64,000 bases of DNA from an uncultured Erysipelotrichaceae bacterium (lineage in GTDB: Bacteria > Bacillota_I > Bacilli_A > RF39 > UBA660): positions 4,431-68,430 of the forward strand of contig CADBYH010000003.1 of assembly GCA_902798815.1 (NCBI GenBank). Direction: 5' to 3'. The translations under genes and the position numbers were made by a program. Of the stretch, positions 50,286 to 59,851 are shown piece after piece (the stretch's first letter is position 1; each line of letters starts with the position of its first letter). The notes under the pieces are model-generated. The model saw only the letters and a list, made by a program, of their open reading frames with translations. It did not search any database and had not been told where the DNA came from.

Positions 50286-50834
50286 TTGCATAAAATACTA
50301 AAAAATGATATAATAACGAAGCATTTTGAAAGAAGGGTTATTATGGATAGTTTGATAGATGTTAGGGGATATTATACAAATTATGATGATTCATATGAAA
50401 TAGAGAATTCTTGGTATGGGAAAGTTTTATTAAATAGTGATAATACTTTTGAAGGTGTTGTTACTGATTATTCTGAGACTTCTGATTATTTTGTTTTTGG
50501 AACTATTACTAGTGAACAAATTACTTTGATAAAGTGTATGAAAAATGATGAGGAAGTTCCCAAACAATATTTAGTTTATAAAGATAAGTCATGTTTTGAG
50601 GGAGAAGTATCTGCTAAAGACTTGTATGTAGAAGTTCCTATGGGAGAATGTAGAATTTTAATTAATCCTGCTGATTCGATAAGAGATATTGGTGAATATG
50701 AATTGCTTTTCTTAAGAAATAAAATTGCTCATGTGAAAGAATCGTTTGGAGATAGAACTAAAGAATTATATGATGATTTTCTTAAAAGAAAAAAAGATAG
50801 TACTAAGAAGATTATAAAGCATAAGAATAAATAA
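50286..50834 (+). CDS. hypothetical cytoplasmic protein (182 aa)
   Basis: ORF track only. Confidence 0.3.
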   Translation: MHKILKNDIITKHFERRVIMDSLIDVRGYYTNYDDSYEIENSWYGKVLLNSDNTFEGVVTDYSETSDYFVFGTITSEQITLIKCMKNDEEVPKQYLVYKDKSCFEGEVSAKDLYVEVPMGECRILINPADSIRDIGEYELLFLRNKIAHVKESFGDRTKELYDDFLKRKKDSTKKIIKHKNK

Positions 50835-50900
50835 TATTTCTTGTGTTTTTTTTGTATTTGATTTAAAATAGTTATATAGTAATAATAAGGAGTTGTTGGT

Positions 50901-51476
50901 ATGGAGATGATTTTTTCTGATGATCCTTTGTATCAAGAAAGAAGAAAAAAAATTCTTAAATCATCAATTGTTATTTTGATATTTGGATTGATTGTAGGAT
51001 TTGGATTCATTGGTCTAGGTGCTATTGTTCAAAATGATGTATATAGAAGAAATTTTATTACTGAGAGAAAAGCTATTGAAGAGACTAATAAAAATATAGA
51101 AAATGCAAATAATGAGATAAAAGCACTTGATAAAAAAATCAGTAAATCAGAAAAAGCGATTATTGAAATTAATAATAAAAAGAAGTCAAGTTCATCAGTT
51201 GAAGAGAAAGCAAAATATGATAGTGAACTTAGTAAATTACAAAGTGATATAGAAAAATATAAAAATGACAAAGCAAAAATTGCTACTTCTGACAAAAATG
51301 TTCATTATAATTTAATCCCAAATCTTAAGTTTATTTTGTTTTATTTTTTAGGAGCAATGTTAATATGCATTTGTGGTATGATTTCAATTGTTTATTACAG
51401 TATAAAAAAAGGTAAATTGGATAAAAAATTTAAAAGTGCTGAACTTTCAAGTTTAATAGATGATGAAATATTATAA
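50901..51476 (+). CDS. membrane protein with central coiled coil (two flanking TM helices)
   Basis: TM1 near the N-terminus, Lys/Glu-rich heptad-like middle, C-terminal TM. Confidence 0.4.
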   Translation: MEMIFSDDPLYQERRKKILKSSIVILIFGLIVGFGFIGLGAIVQNDVYRRNFITERKAIEETNKNIENANNEIKALDKKISKSEKAIIEINNKKKSSSSVEEKAKYDSELSKLQSDIEKYKNDKAKIATSDKNVHYNLIPNLKFILFYFLGAMLICICGMISIVYYSIKKGKLDKKFKSAELSSLIDDEIL

Positions 51477-51480
51477 ATAA

Positions 51481-51509
51481 AAGAATGAAATGTTTTTCAT
51501 TCTTTTTAT
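51481..51509 (+). terminator. rho-independent terminator (AAGAATGAAA-tgttt-TTCATTCTT plus T-run)
   Basis: Read directly. Confidence 0.65.
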
Positions 51510-51533
51510 TATTGTGGTAAAATTTTTATAGAT

Positions 51534-51609
51534 GCCGATTTAGCTCAGTTGGTAGAGCAACTCCCTCGTAACGAGTAGGTCGAAGGTTCGAGTCCTTTAA
51601 TCGGCACCA
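51534..51609 (+). tRNA. tRNA-Thr (anticodon CGU)
   Basis: Manual cloverleaf: acceptor GCCGATT/AATCGGC; D-arm GCTC-AGTTGGTA-GAGC; anticodon stem ACTCC/CGAGT with a C:C at 31:39; loop CTCGTAA; T-arm GAAGG-TTCGAGT-CCTTT; A; CCA encoded. Backbone very similar to Bacillus tRNA-Thr. Confidence 0.75.
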
Positions 51610-51610
51610 T

Positions 51611-51684
51611 GCCAATATAGTTTAGTGGTAGAACAGGTCCTTGGTAAGGATCAGAGGCAAGTTCAATTCTTGCTATTGGCACCA
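51611..51684 (+). tRNA. tRNA-Thr (anticodon GGU)
   Basis: Acceptor GCCAATA/TATTGGC; D-arm GTTT-AGTGGTA-GAAC; anticodon stem GGTCC/GGATC; loop TTGGTAA; T-arm GCAAG-TTCAATT-CTTGC; A; CCA. Starts 1 nt after the preceding tRNA. Confidence 0.85.
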
Positions 51685-51701
51685 TATATAGGGGGAATAA
51701 T

Positions 51702-52349
51702 ATGATAAGTACAAGTAGTTATAAAAATTGGAATTCAGATAAGTATAGAACATATTCTATTTCTGGTGATAGGGGAAGAGACGCTTCTTATAGTGGAGAT
51801 TGTTATCTTGATTTTGCACCTAGAAAGAAATTTTGGAGAGTATGGAAGGATAATAGAGGAAAGATTTCAGATGAAGAAAATAATAGGTTTTATGTTCAGG
51901 AATATTGGAATCAAGTATTATCTAAGTTAGATCCTGAAAAAGTATATAGAGAACTAGATAATTCTGTTTTACTTTGTTATGAGGATAATGATTTGTTTTG
52001 TCATAGACATATTGTTGCTTATTGGTTTGAAATATTATTGGGTGTAGATGTTTTTGAGGAGAAGGCTAATGACTATGATATCGAAATAGTAGATAGACCT
52101 GAATATATTAAACAATATTTGGAAGATGCTATGAGAAATAATAGAAATTTGAGAGGATTTAATTCTTTAAGAGCATTATATCTTTTTGAAAAAGGTGAAA
52201 TGTTAGAACAATTAGCTAATGATTTAGATGAAAATGATCCAAAATGTTTAGATTATAGACAGAGAGCATGTTATTTAAGATGTGATGCTGATGAAGTTGA
52301 AAATAAATTTAATACTAAACATAAACAGTATAAAAAAACAAAGTATTAA
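51702..52349 (+). CDS. DUF488-like protein with a conserved LLC-x7-CHRH motif and a ~85-aa C-terminal extension
   Basis: FYVQEYWNQVL...SVLLCYEDNDLFCHRHIVAYWF resembles the DUF488 (E. coli YeaO-like) core. Starts 17 nt after tRNA-Thr behind a GGGGGA RBS. Confidence 0.4.
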   Translation: MISTSSYKNWNSDKYRTYSISGDRGRDASYSGDCYLDFAPRKKFWRVWKDNRGKISDEENNRFYVQEYWNQVLSKLDPEKVYRELDNSVLLCYEDNDLFCHRHIVAYWFEILLGVDVFEEKANDYDIEIVDRPEYIKQYLEDAMRNNRNLRGFNSLRALYLFEKGEMLEQLANDLDENDPKCLDYRQRACYLRCDADEVENKFNTKHKQYKKTKY

Positions 52350-52361
52350 AAGGAGAAAAGT

Positions 52362-52688
52362 ATGTCTTATAAAAAATTGGTAAGAGATAATATCCCAGAT
52401 ATAATAAAAGAAAATGGAGAAGAACCTGTCTTTAGAGTGTTATCCGATAAAGAATTTTTAGTTGAACTTAAGAAGAAATTGTTGGAAGAGAGTAATGAAG
52501 TAATAAATTCTAGTGATGATGAGATGTTGTCTGAATTAGGTGATTTATTAGAAGTTATGATTTCTTTAGCTAAGGTTCATAATATAAGTTTAGATGATAT
52601 TATTATTAGTTCTTCTGAAAAACGAGATAAGAGAGGTTCTTTTACTAAAAAAATATATTTAGAAGATGTAAAAAAGATCAACAAGTAG
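52362..52688 (+). CDS. MazG-like all-alpha nucleoside-triphosphate pyrophosphohydrolase (phosphoribosyl-ATP pyrophosphohydrolase-like house-cleaning NTP-PPase family)
   Basis: MSYKKLVRDNIPDIIKENGEEPVFRVLSDKEFLVELKKKLLEESNEV matches the KLVRD-IP-II family N-terminus. About 108 aa, acidic metal-binding EExxE-type helices. Confidence 0.6.
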   Translation: MSYKKLVRDNIPDIIKENGEEPVFRVLSDKEFLVELKKKLLEESNEVINSSDDEMLSELGDLLEVMISLAKVHNISLDDIIISSSEKRDKRGSFTKKIYLEDVKKINK

Positions 52689-52694
52689 TTGATC

Positions 52695-53510
52695 TTATTT
52701 ATTGTATGTACGATATCTTTTCATTTCTTTATTGGCAAGTTTTTCAAATTTTTTAGGATTAGTTATTAGTTCTCCATTTTGAAGAACAATATCTTCAATT
52801 GAATTATATAATATGTTTCCATAATTATATAATAATGATTGATTAGTAATTGATGCATCACATTCAGTTATTATTCCGGTTGTTCCTATTGTAACTAGTG
52901 GGCCAATATTACATAGACCATTTTCTCTATCATATTTAGATTTTTTACCTACATATGTTATATATGTTTTCATAGGTCTTAAAGGGACTGTTTTTTTACT
53001 ATCTAAATTTTTTGCGTTTCCTTCTCTAAAAAGTTTTTTGTTTATTCCTCTAAATCCATAGAAATGTTTATTTTCTTTATATTTTTTGATGTTTTCTATA
53101 AATTGTTCTGTTAAGTTAAGTCTATTTATTTCATCAATATGATAATCATCAAGAGAAATTGCAAATAAAGCTTGAAGATTATCACTTCCTATATAGTTAT
53201 CTATTTCGTCTAAAAGTTTTAATAATTCTTCTGAGTAGATTGTTCCATTAATTGTCATTGTAAACTCATCTACTTGAATTGAATTATCAATTATATATGA
53301 AATAATTTTTTCTATTTTTGAAATTGCTAGAGTTGGTTCTCCTCCATTTATTGCGATATTTCCAATGCATGCTACTTGATCTAAAGCTTTTTCAATTACT
53401 TCATCTGAAATATAATTGTTTATTTTCTTTCCTCTGAGACAATGTGCACAATTTAAATTACAATTGTCTGTGACATTAAAAGCTAGGTTTTCTATATAAC
53501 ATTTTTTCAT
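52695..53510 (-). CDS. stand-alone radical SAM enzyme (Cx3Cx2C; no SPASM/twitch domain), subfamily unassigned
   Basis: FNVTDNCNLNCAHC cluster-binding motif, GGEPTL SAM-binding glycine-rich motif, TINGT and AISLDD core-barrel motifs. No additional Cys-rich auxiliary-cluster domain. Confidence 0.75.
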   Translation of the reverse strand: MKKCYIENLAFNVTDNCNLNCAHCLRGKKINNYISDEVIEKALDQVACIGNIAINGGEPTLAISKIEKIISYIIDNSIQVDEFTMTINGTIYSEELLKLLDEIDNYIGSDNLQALFAISLDDYHIDEINRLNLTEQFIENIKKYKENKHFYGFRGINKKLFREGNAKNLDSKKTVPLRPMKTYITYVGKKSKYDRENGLCNIGPLVTIGTTGIITECDASITNQSLLYNYGNILYNSIEDIVLQNGELITNPKKFEKLANKEMKRYRTYNK

Positions 53511-53608
53511 AATAATCCCTCAAATTGGTACATATTATATCATAAAAAGTAGATTAAGTAAAAAAGTATGTTATAATTTAATAATAATTATGATTTTGAG
53601 GAGTTTTT

Positions 53609-54001
53609 ATGATAGTTAGAGAGTTGTTAGTAAAATATAAATTATTTAATAGTAAAATTGAAGCAATAGCTTATCATTTATCTATTTTGAATCAGCCTGT
53701 TAAATATATGGTTGAGAGATTAACTTCGTTAGGTTATTTTGAAAGTGGTAAAAAGTATACAGAGGAAGAAAAAGCAATTATTATTTGTGATGTTATTAAT
53801 AAGTGTGATATTAATAGTGATGACTATGATTCAAAACTTGATGAGAATATCGTAAGGATATGTCTTAAAACTGATAAATTTCCTAAAAGAAGCAAAAGTA
53901 GTCATATGGAAGATGATGGTAATGAAGTTAGTGTCACTTCAATTCTTGATGATTATAATGATTCATTATATGATTTAGAACAGAAAGGAATTATTAAATA
54001 A
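53609..54001 (+). CDS. small acidic hypothetical protein (130 aa), divergent from the radical SAM gene
   Basis: ORF track. GAGGAG RBS upstream. Confidence 0.35.
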   Translation: MIVRELLVKYKLFNSKIEAIAYHLSILNQPVKYMVERLTSLGYFESGKKYTEEEKAIIICDVINKCDINSDDYDSKLDENIVRICLKTDKFPKRSKSSHMEDDGNEVSVTSILDDYNDSLYDLEQKGIIK

Positions 54002-54064
54002 TAGTTCTTTTCTTTTTTTTAGTATAAATATATGATAGAATAATTTTCATCGGAGGGATAGGTT

Positions 54065-55354
54065 GTGAAAAATATAAGTAATGGATTAATGAATTTTATT
54101 GATAATACTCCTAATGCATATTATTGTGTTGAAAATATTAAGAAGCAATTATTAGATAATGGTTTTACAGAGTTATATGAAAATGATTCTTGGGATTGGC
54201 TTAATCCTGGCAACTATTTTGTTACTAAGAATGATTCTTCTATTATAGCTTTTAAAACTACTGGTAATGGTTCTTCTAAGGGATTTAACATAGTAGGAGT
54301 ACATACTGATTCACCTAGTTTTTCAATAAAACATAATCCAGAAATGTTTGATGGATATTATTTAAAATTTAATACTAATTCTTATGGAGGTATGATTAAT
54401 TATTCATGGTTTGATAGACCTTTATCAATCGCTGGAAGATTAATATTAAAGAATAATGATATTTATAAGAAAAAATTGGTTAATATTGATAAAGATTTAT
54501 TAGTAATACCTAGTCAGGCTGTCCATATAAATAGAGATGTTAATAATTCTGCATCTTTTAATAGACAGAATGATCTATTACCAGTTATTTCTTTAGAGAA
54601 TGGTAATTTAACTGATATGTTAGGAGAATATATAGATAATAATGATTTGATTTGTGATTATGATTTATATTTATATAATAGAGATAAGGCTAAACTTATT
54701 GGTTTGAAAGATGAGATGATTCTTGCTCCTAGAACTGATGATTTAGCATGTGTTTATCCGTCGCTTTTAAGTTTTATGGATTCTGATAATCCTTCAGCAA
54801 TTAATGTTTTTTGTGCATTTAATAATGAAGAGATTGGAAGTTTAACAGAACAAGGTGCTGATTCTCCTTTTTTAATAAATACTCTTGATAGAATAGCAAA
54901 AATGGAGGGACTTGATTTTTATCAAACACTTGGTAATAGTTTTATTATTAGTGCTGATAATGCTCACGCAATTCATCCAAATGCACCATCAAAAAGTGAT
55001 CCTACTAATATTGTTAGATTAAATGGTGGAGTAGTTATAAAACATCATCCTAATTATACAACTGATGGAATTAGCTCAACGATTTTTAAAGAAATATGTG
55101 CTGTATCTGGAATAAAATATCAAGACTTTTATTGTAGATCTGATATGGTATGTGGAAGTACAATTGGAGGATTAACTCAAAGTCATGTTCCAGTTGATGC
55201 TGTGGATGTTGGTTTACCTCAACTTGCTATGCATTCTGCAAATGAAACAATAGGATCAAAAGATGTTATAGATATGTATGATGCTTTGCATAATTTTTAT
55301 AATTGTGCTATAAAAAGAGATAAGGGAAATTTTAAAATATTATATAAGGAATAG
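54065..55354 (+). CDS. M18 family aminopeptidase (aspartyl aminopeptidase-like)
   Basis: Family-typical N-terminus (FIDNTPNAYYCVEN...GVHTDSPSF), metal-ligand regions (DD, EE, H in LAMHSANE). Confidence 0.75.
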   Translation: MKNISNGLMNFIDNTPNAYYCVENIKKQLLDNGFTELYENDSWDWLNPGNYFVTKNDSSIIAFKTTGNGSSKGFNIVGVHTDSPSFSIKHNPEMFDGYYLKFNTNSYGGMINYSWFDRPLSIAGRLILKNNDIYKKKLVNIDKDLLVIPSQAVHINRDVNNSASFNRQNDLLPVISLENGNLTDMLGEYIDNNDLICDYDLYLYNRDKAKLIGLKDEMILAPRTDDLACVYPSLLSFMDSDNPSAINVFCAFNNEEIGSLTEQGADSPFLINTLDRIAKMEGLDFYQTLGNSFIISADNAHAIHPNAPSKSDPTNIVRLNGGVVIKHHPNYTTDGISSTIFKEICAVSGIKYQDFYCRSDMVCGSTIGGLTQSHVPVDAVDVGLPQLAMHSANETIGSKDVIDMYDALHNFYNCAIKRDKGNFKILYKE

Positions 55355-55362
55355 GAAGGTTT

Positions 55363-55614
55363 ATGAATTTAGAAAAAGAGATTGAAGAAATAAAAAAAAG
55401 AAATAAGAGAGTAGAACTAGATAAGAGTTGGGAAACTAGCTGGACAAGAAAAATATGTATTATGCTTTTGACATATATTGTTGTTGTTATATACTCATTA
55501 CTAATTAAAAAGATAAATAATGTTTATCTTAGTTCATTAGTTCCAGTAATTGGGTTTACTTTATCTACTTTATCTTTAAAATTAGTTAGAAAACTTTGGG
55601 AAAAAGTAAAATAA
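55363..55614 (+). CDS. small two-TM membrane protein
   Basis: ORF track. Two hydrophobic helices. Confidence 0.35.
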   Translation: MNLEKEIEEIKKRNKRVELDKSWETSWTRKICIMLLTYIVVVIYSLLIKKINNVYLSSLVPVIGFTLSTLSLKLVRKLWEKVK

Positions 55615-55667
55615 TATTACTTTTTCTTTTTTTATGTTATAATATGTTCTATTAATTGGGGGTCTTT

Positions 55668-56246
55668 ATGATTAATAAAATTGATGATTTAGAAAAATTA
55701 AAAGAATTAAATAATAGTATTAATGTAACTAGAGAGCAAATAAAAAAATATTCTACTTATGATATAAATGATATAAGTGTTGCGATTACTAGAGTTATTT
55801 CTTCTTATGAAGGTATTGAATATATATGTATAAAAAATAGATTTAATTTTGATGAAGATTATTTTTATAAGTATGGAAATAATAAAGACCATTTTTATGA
55901 TGCGAATTTTGTTCATATAATACCAAAAGAAAAAGCAGGAAAAGAGTATGCTAGGTATAGAATAAGACCATGTAAAGATGATAAAGATAAGTGTTATCTT
56001 CCACCTGCTTATTATACTCCACATAAGAAATGTTATTATGTTAAAGATTTTCTTAATTATGTTTATATGATGAGAGTTAATAATAATGTTGAAGGAATGG
56101 ATTATTATTTATCTTTGGCAGATCAATTTATAGAAGAAACAAAATATGAAATTGAATTAAGACAAAATTCAATTTCTGAACAAAAACCAAAGAATAAAAT
56201 TCTTGAATATGAACCAAGTATGTTGGGGAGATTATATTGGTTTTAA
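55668..56246 (+). CDS. hypothetical protein (Cys/Tyr/Lys-rich, ~190 aa)
   Basis: Start set at ATG after the GGGGG RBS (MINKIDD). Confidence 0.3.
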   Translation: MINKIDDLEKLKELNNSINVTREQIKKYSTYDINDISVAITRVISSYEGIEYICIKNRFNFDEDYFYKYGNNKDHFYDANFVHIIPKEKAGKEYARYRIRPCKDDKDKCYLPPAYYTPHKKCYYVKDFLNYVYMMRVNNNVEGMDYYLSLADQFIEETKYEIELRQNSISEQKPKNKILEYEPSMLGRLYWF

Positions 56247-56311
56247 AAATAAAACAATTTAGTTTTATTTTTTTTTTAATATGTTATAATTATTATGATA
56301 GAGGTGTGTAT

Positions 56312-57115
56312 ATGGATAACAAAATGCTTTTTATGATATATAATGGAGAAATTAAGTTTTTAAATAATTCTACAATGGATCATAGGGAATGGTATGATTC
56401 TTTAGGTGGAGATCCTAATTTATATGATAATACAATTAGAGGAATGATTTACAAAGGACAGCTAATTTTTTATAAAGCAAATCTTTCATATGATAATGAG
56501 GTTATTGAGACTGCTAGTAGACTCGCACCTATAATGAAGCAACAACTAGGTAGACCAGATTTAAAGGTATGCTGTGGAATAAATCCAGGACAAGGTGAAT
56601 CTGGTTGGGAACCAATAATGGTTATAAATGAACAAGATTTAAAAGGATTTAATATAAATATTCAAGATGAAGTAAATAAACAAAAAGAGAAAATGAAACA
56701 ACAACAAGCTGCACAAAATGTTGAACTTCAACCAGTATTAGAGTTTAAAAACAATTATGATGATCCAAAGTTTATTAGATTAGCAACAATTCTTACTTCA
56801 ATTGTTTTAGTTTTATCAATAATTGCTAAAGTATTATTAGTTACAAATAAAAAGTTAGATTTAAATAGTGGATGGAATGTATTATTAGTTGTATCACAAG
56901 TTGTTTTATTGGTACTTTCAATTATTGGTTATAATAAGAAGATAAAGGCAACTAAATTTATTGGTTTAGCTGCTAGTGTTTCTTTGTTTTTTATGTTTGA
57001 TTTATTTGATTTGATTTTAGGTGTAATTTACATTTTCTTTACAATAGATCAAGGGTATATCTTAGGTGCCTTTGATGCTGGTAAAAAGGGAATTGATACT
57101 ATTACTAAAAAATAG
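56312..57115 (+). CDS. hypothetical protein with soluble N-domain and C-terminal 3-TM region
   Basis: Start set at ATG 56312 after the AGAGGTG RBS (MDNKMLF). Confidence 0.35.
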   Translation: MDNKMLFMIYNGEIKFLNNSTMDHREWYDSLGGDPNLYDNTIRGMIYKGQLIFYKANLSYDNEVIETASRLAPIMKQQLGRPDLKVCCGINPGQGESGWEPIMVINEQDLKGFNINIQDEVNKQKEKMKQQQAAQNVELQPVLEFKNNYDDPKFIRLATILTSIVLVLSIIAKVLLVTNKKLDLNSGWNVLLVVSQVVLLVLSIIGYNKKIKATKFIGLAASVSLFFMFDLFDLILGVIYIFFTIDQGYILGAFDAGKKGIDTITKK

Positions 57116-57186
57116 TATTTGAAGTGTTTAACACTTCTTTTTTGTTAAAATCGATGATATAATATTTTTAGAGTAGGAGAATTAAA

Positions 57187-59811
57187 ATGAAGGATAAAGA
57201 ATATTACTTAATGAATAATGAAGAGTTATTTCAGAAGTTAAAAACTAATGAAGAAGGATTAACTCAGAAAGAGGCAGAAAGAAGAATTGAAAAGAATGGT
57301 TTAAATGAATTACCACGTAAAAAATCTGATAGTATTTTTAAAATATTTATAGGAGAGTTATTAGATCCTATTGTTTTATTATTAGTAGGAGCAATAATTG
57401 CATCTTTATTTGTTGGAGAATATATAGATGCAATAGCAATTACTTTTATTATTACTGTTGATCTTATTATGGGTACTTTTCAGGAAAAGAAGGCAAATGA
57501 TACTGCAGATGCTTTATCAAATCTTGTAAGGGAACAAGTTAAAGTATTAAGAGATGGTAAAGAAATATTAGTGGATTCTAGTGAGTTAACGATAGGTGAT
57601 TTTGTTTTTTTAGAATCTGGGGATAAGATTGCCGCAGATATTAGAATTATTGAAGCACATAATTTTACTGTTGATGAGTCTATTCTTACTGGTGAGAGTT
57701 TAGCAGTTGAAAAGAATGGAAAGAAATGCGAAAAAGATAATTTAGCTATTAATGCTCAAACAAACATGTTATTTGCTGGTACTAGTGTTGCTACAGGTAG
57801 AGCACATGGTATTGTAACAAGTATTGGAATTAATACTCAGATAGGTATTATTGCTCAAACAATTAATGAAACTAAGGAAGAGAAATCTCCTTTAACGATA
57901 AGAGTTGAAAAATTTTCAAAACAAATAACTATTTTAATTGTATTTGTATCAATAATAATTGCTATTATGCTTGCTAATAAACATTTACCTTTAGAAGAAA
58001 TATTGTTATCTGTAATAGCATTAGGAGTTTCTGCAATGCCTGAAGGACTTCCTCTTGCACTTACAATGGCATTAACAATTGCTTCTAATAAAATGGCCAA
58101 AAGAAAAGTCGTTGCAAAAAAACTTCATTCAGTAGAATCATTGGGAAGTTGTACAGTTATTGCTAGTGATAAAACTGGTACATTAACTGTTAATGAACAA
58201 ACAGCGAAAAAGATAGTTTTACCTAATAAAAAAGAATATATGATATCTGGAACTGGTTATACTACTAAAGGAGAAGTTGTTGGAGAAAATTTATCTTTGG
58301 CATATGATATTTCAAAACTAGGAGTTATTAATAATGAAGCAAAATTTTCAAATAGCGAAAAAATTGGTGATTCAATTGATATAGCTTTCTTAGTTTTGGG
58401 TGAAAAAATGAATGTTAAAACTGATGATATAGAAATATTAGAAACTATTCCATATGAATCTGCTAATAAATACTCTGCAGTTTTTTATAAAAAAGATGGG
58501 GATATTTATTGTACTATTAAAGGTTCAATTGAAAAAGTATTATCATTTTGTAATTCAATTAATTTATGTAAAGGTTTTGATACTAAGAAGTTAGATGATC
58601 AAAATGAAGAACTTGCTAAAGATGGATATAGAGTTATTGCTATAGCTAATGGAAAAATTAAAGCAAGTGATGAATACAATGAAGATTCTATTAAGAATTT
58701 AAAATTCATGGGATTGGTTGGATTTATTGATCCTATTAGAAAAGAAGCAATTAGTGCAATTAATAAGTGTAGAGGTGCTGGTATTAAGGTTTTAATGATT
58801 ACTGGTGATCATCCTTTGACTGCATATAAAATTGCTAAAGATTTAAAACTTACTAATACTTTTGATGAAGTTACTACAGGTGATGAAGTAGAAGAGTATT
58901 TGAAAAAAGGTGAAGAAGAATTTGATAAATTTGTAAAATCAAAGGTTGTATTTACAAGAGTTACGCCTATTGAAAAATTAAAAATAGTTGAGTCTTTAAA
59001 AAGACAAGGTGAATTTGTTGCAGTAACTGGTGATGGAGTTAATGATGCTCCTGCTCTTAGAAGTGCTAATATAGGTATTGCTATGGGTAGTGGAACAGAT
59101 ATTGCTAGAGAGACCGCTAAAATGATTGTTATTGATGATAATTTTACATCTATTGTTAATGGTGTATTAGAAGGAAGAGTTGCTTATTCAAATATTAGAA
59201 AAATTATTTATTTCTTGATATCATGTGGTTTAGCTGAAGTTTTATTTTTCTGTTTAGCAATATTCTTTGATATGCCTGTACCTTTAGTTGCAATTCAATT
59301 ATTATGGTTAAATGTTGTTACTGATGGTATTCAGGATTTTGCTTTATCCTTTGAAAAAGCAGAAGAAGATATTATGAAAGAAAAACCTAGAGATCCTAAA
59401 GAAAGTTTATTTGATAAGAATTTATTATCAGAAATATTAGTATCAGGTATTACTATAGGTTTAATTGTATTTGGATTATGGTATTATTTAATTAATGTTA
59501 TTAATATGGAAGTATCTTTAGCGAGAGGATATGTAATGGCATTAATGGTTATTATTCAAAATATACATGCATTTAATTGTAGAAGTGAAAAAAGAAGTGC
59601 TTTCTCGATCCCAATAACAAGTAATTATATATTCTTATTTGGTGTAATTGGTTCTATTATTTTAGGAATTGCTGTTATGGAAGTACCAATATTATCATTA
59701 TTCTTAAAAACACATTCGATTCCATATCTTCATCTAGAAATGTTATTCCTATTGGGATCAGTTATATTTATTGTAATGGAAATATATAAAAAAATTAGAT
59801 ATCGTAATTAA
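57187..59811 (+). CDS. P-type cation-transporting ATPase (P2-type, Ca2+-ATPase-like)
   Basis: TGES actuator motif, DKTGTLT phosphorylation site, TGDHPLTA and GDGVNDAPAL hinge motifs, ~10 TM helices. Confidence 0.85.
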   Translation: MKDKEYYLMNNEELFQKLKTNEEGLTQKEAERRIEKNGLNELPRKKSDSIFKIFIGELLDPIVLLLVGAIIASLFVGEYIDAIAITFIITVDLIMGTFQEKKANDTADALSNLVREQVKVLRDGKEILVDSSELTIGDFVFLESGDKIAADIRIIEAHNFTVDESILTGESLAVEKNGKKCEKDNLAINAQTNMLFAGTSVATGRAHGIVTSIGINTQIGIIAQTINETKEEKSPLTIRVEKFSKQITILIVFVSIIIAIMLANKHLPLEEILLSVIALGVSAMPEGLPLALTMALTIASNKMAKRKVVAKKLHSVESLGSCTVIASDKTGTLTVNEQTAKKIVLPNKKEYMISGTGYTTKGEVVGENLSLAYDISKLGVINNEAKFSNSEKIGDSIDIAFLVLGEKMNVKTDDIEILETIPYESANKYSAVFYKKDGDIYCTIKGSIEKVLSFCNSINLCKGFDTKKLDDQNEELAKDGYRVIAIANGKIKASDEYNEDSIKNLKFMGLVGFIDPIRKEAISAINKCRGAGIKVLMITGDHPLTAYKIAKDLKLTNTFDEVTTGDEVEEYLKKGEEEFDKFVKSKVVFTRVTPIEKLKIVESLKRQGEFVAVTGDGVNDAPALRSANIGIAMGSGTDIARETAKMIVIDDNFTSIVNGVLEGRVAYSNIRKIIYFLISCGLAEVLFFCLAIFFDMPVPLVAIQLLWLNVVTDGIQDFALSFEKAEEDIMKEKPRDPKESLFDKNLLSEILVSGITIGLIVFGLWYYLINVINMEVSLARGYVMALMVIIQNIHAFNCRSEKRSAFSIPITSNYIFLFGVIGSIILGIAVMEVPILSLFLKTHSIPYLHLEMLFLLGSVIFIVMEIYKKIRYRN

Positions 59812-59851
59812 TATAGGTAATGATATAATATTTTAAAGGAGAGATATTTTT

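Noticed and set aside
51534-54065. Possibility that the tRNA-Thr-adjacent cassette is a bona fide integrated mobile element with att duplication
   Set aside because: I could not find a direct repeat of the tRNA 3' end (e.g. TTGCTATTGGCACCA) at the distal end near 54000-54065, and no integrase or recombinase gene is present. It is therefore reported only as an accessory-looking cassette, not as a mobile element.
7418-58100. Numerous short ORFs in the six-frame track nested inside or antisense to larger genes (7418..7603, 11004..11198, 12404..12616, 15886..16248, 16151..16381, 18426..18623, 27386..27580, 28072..28571 set, 28947..29426, 33075..33266, 34685..35023, 37411..37617, 37765..38247, 39055..39243, 41305..41550, 42525..42728, 46468..46665, 46827..47027, 48110..48367, 51029..51295, 55707..56024, 57855..58100)
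   Set aside because: All overlap well-supported longer genes in other frames or strands. They have low-complexity, AT-codon-driven composition (Ile/Phe/Leu/Asn runs), no RBS and no motifs, which is typical of spurious ORFs in an AT-rich genome.
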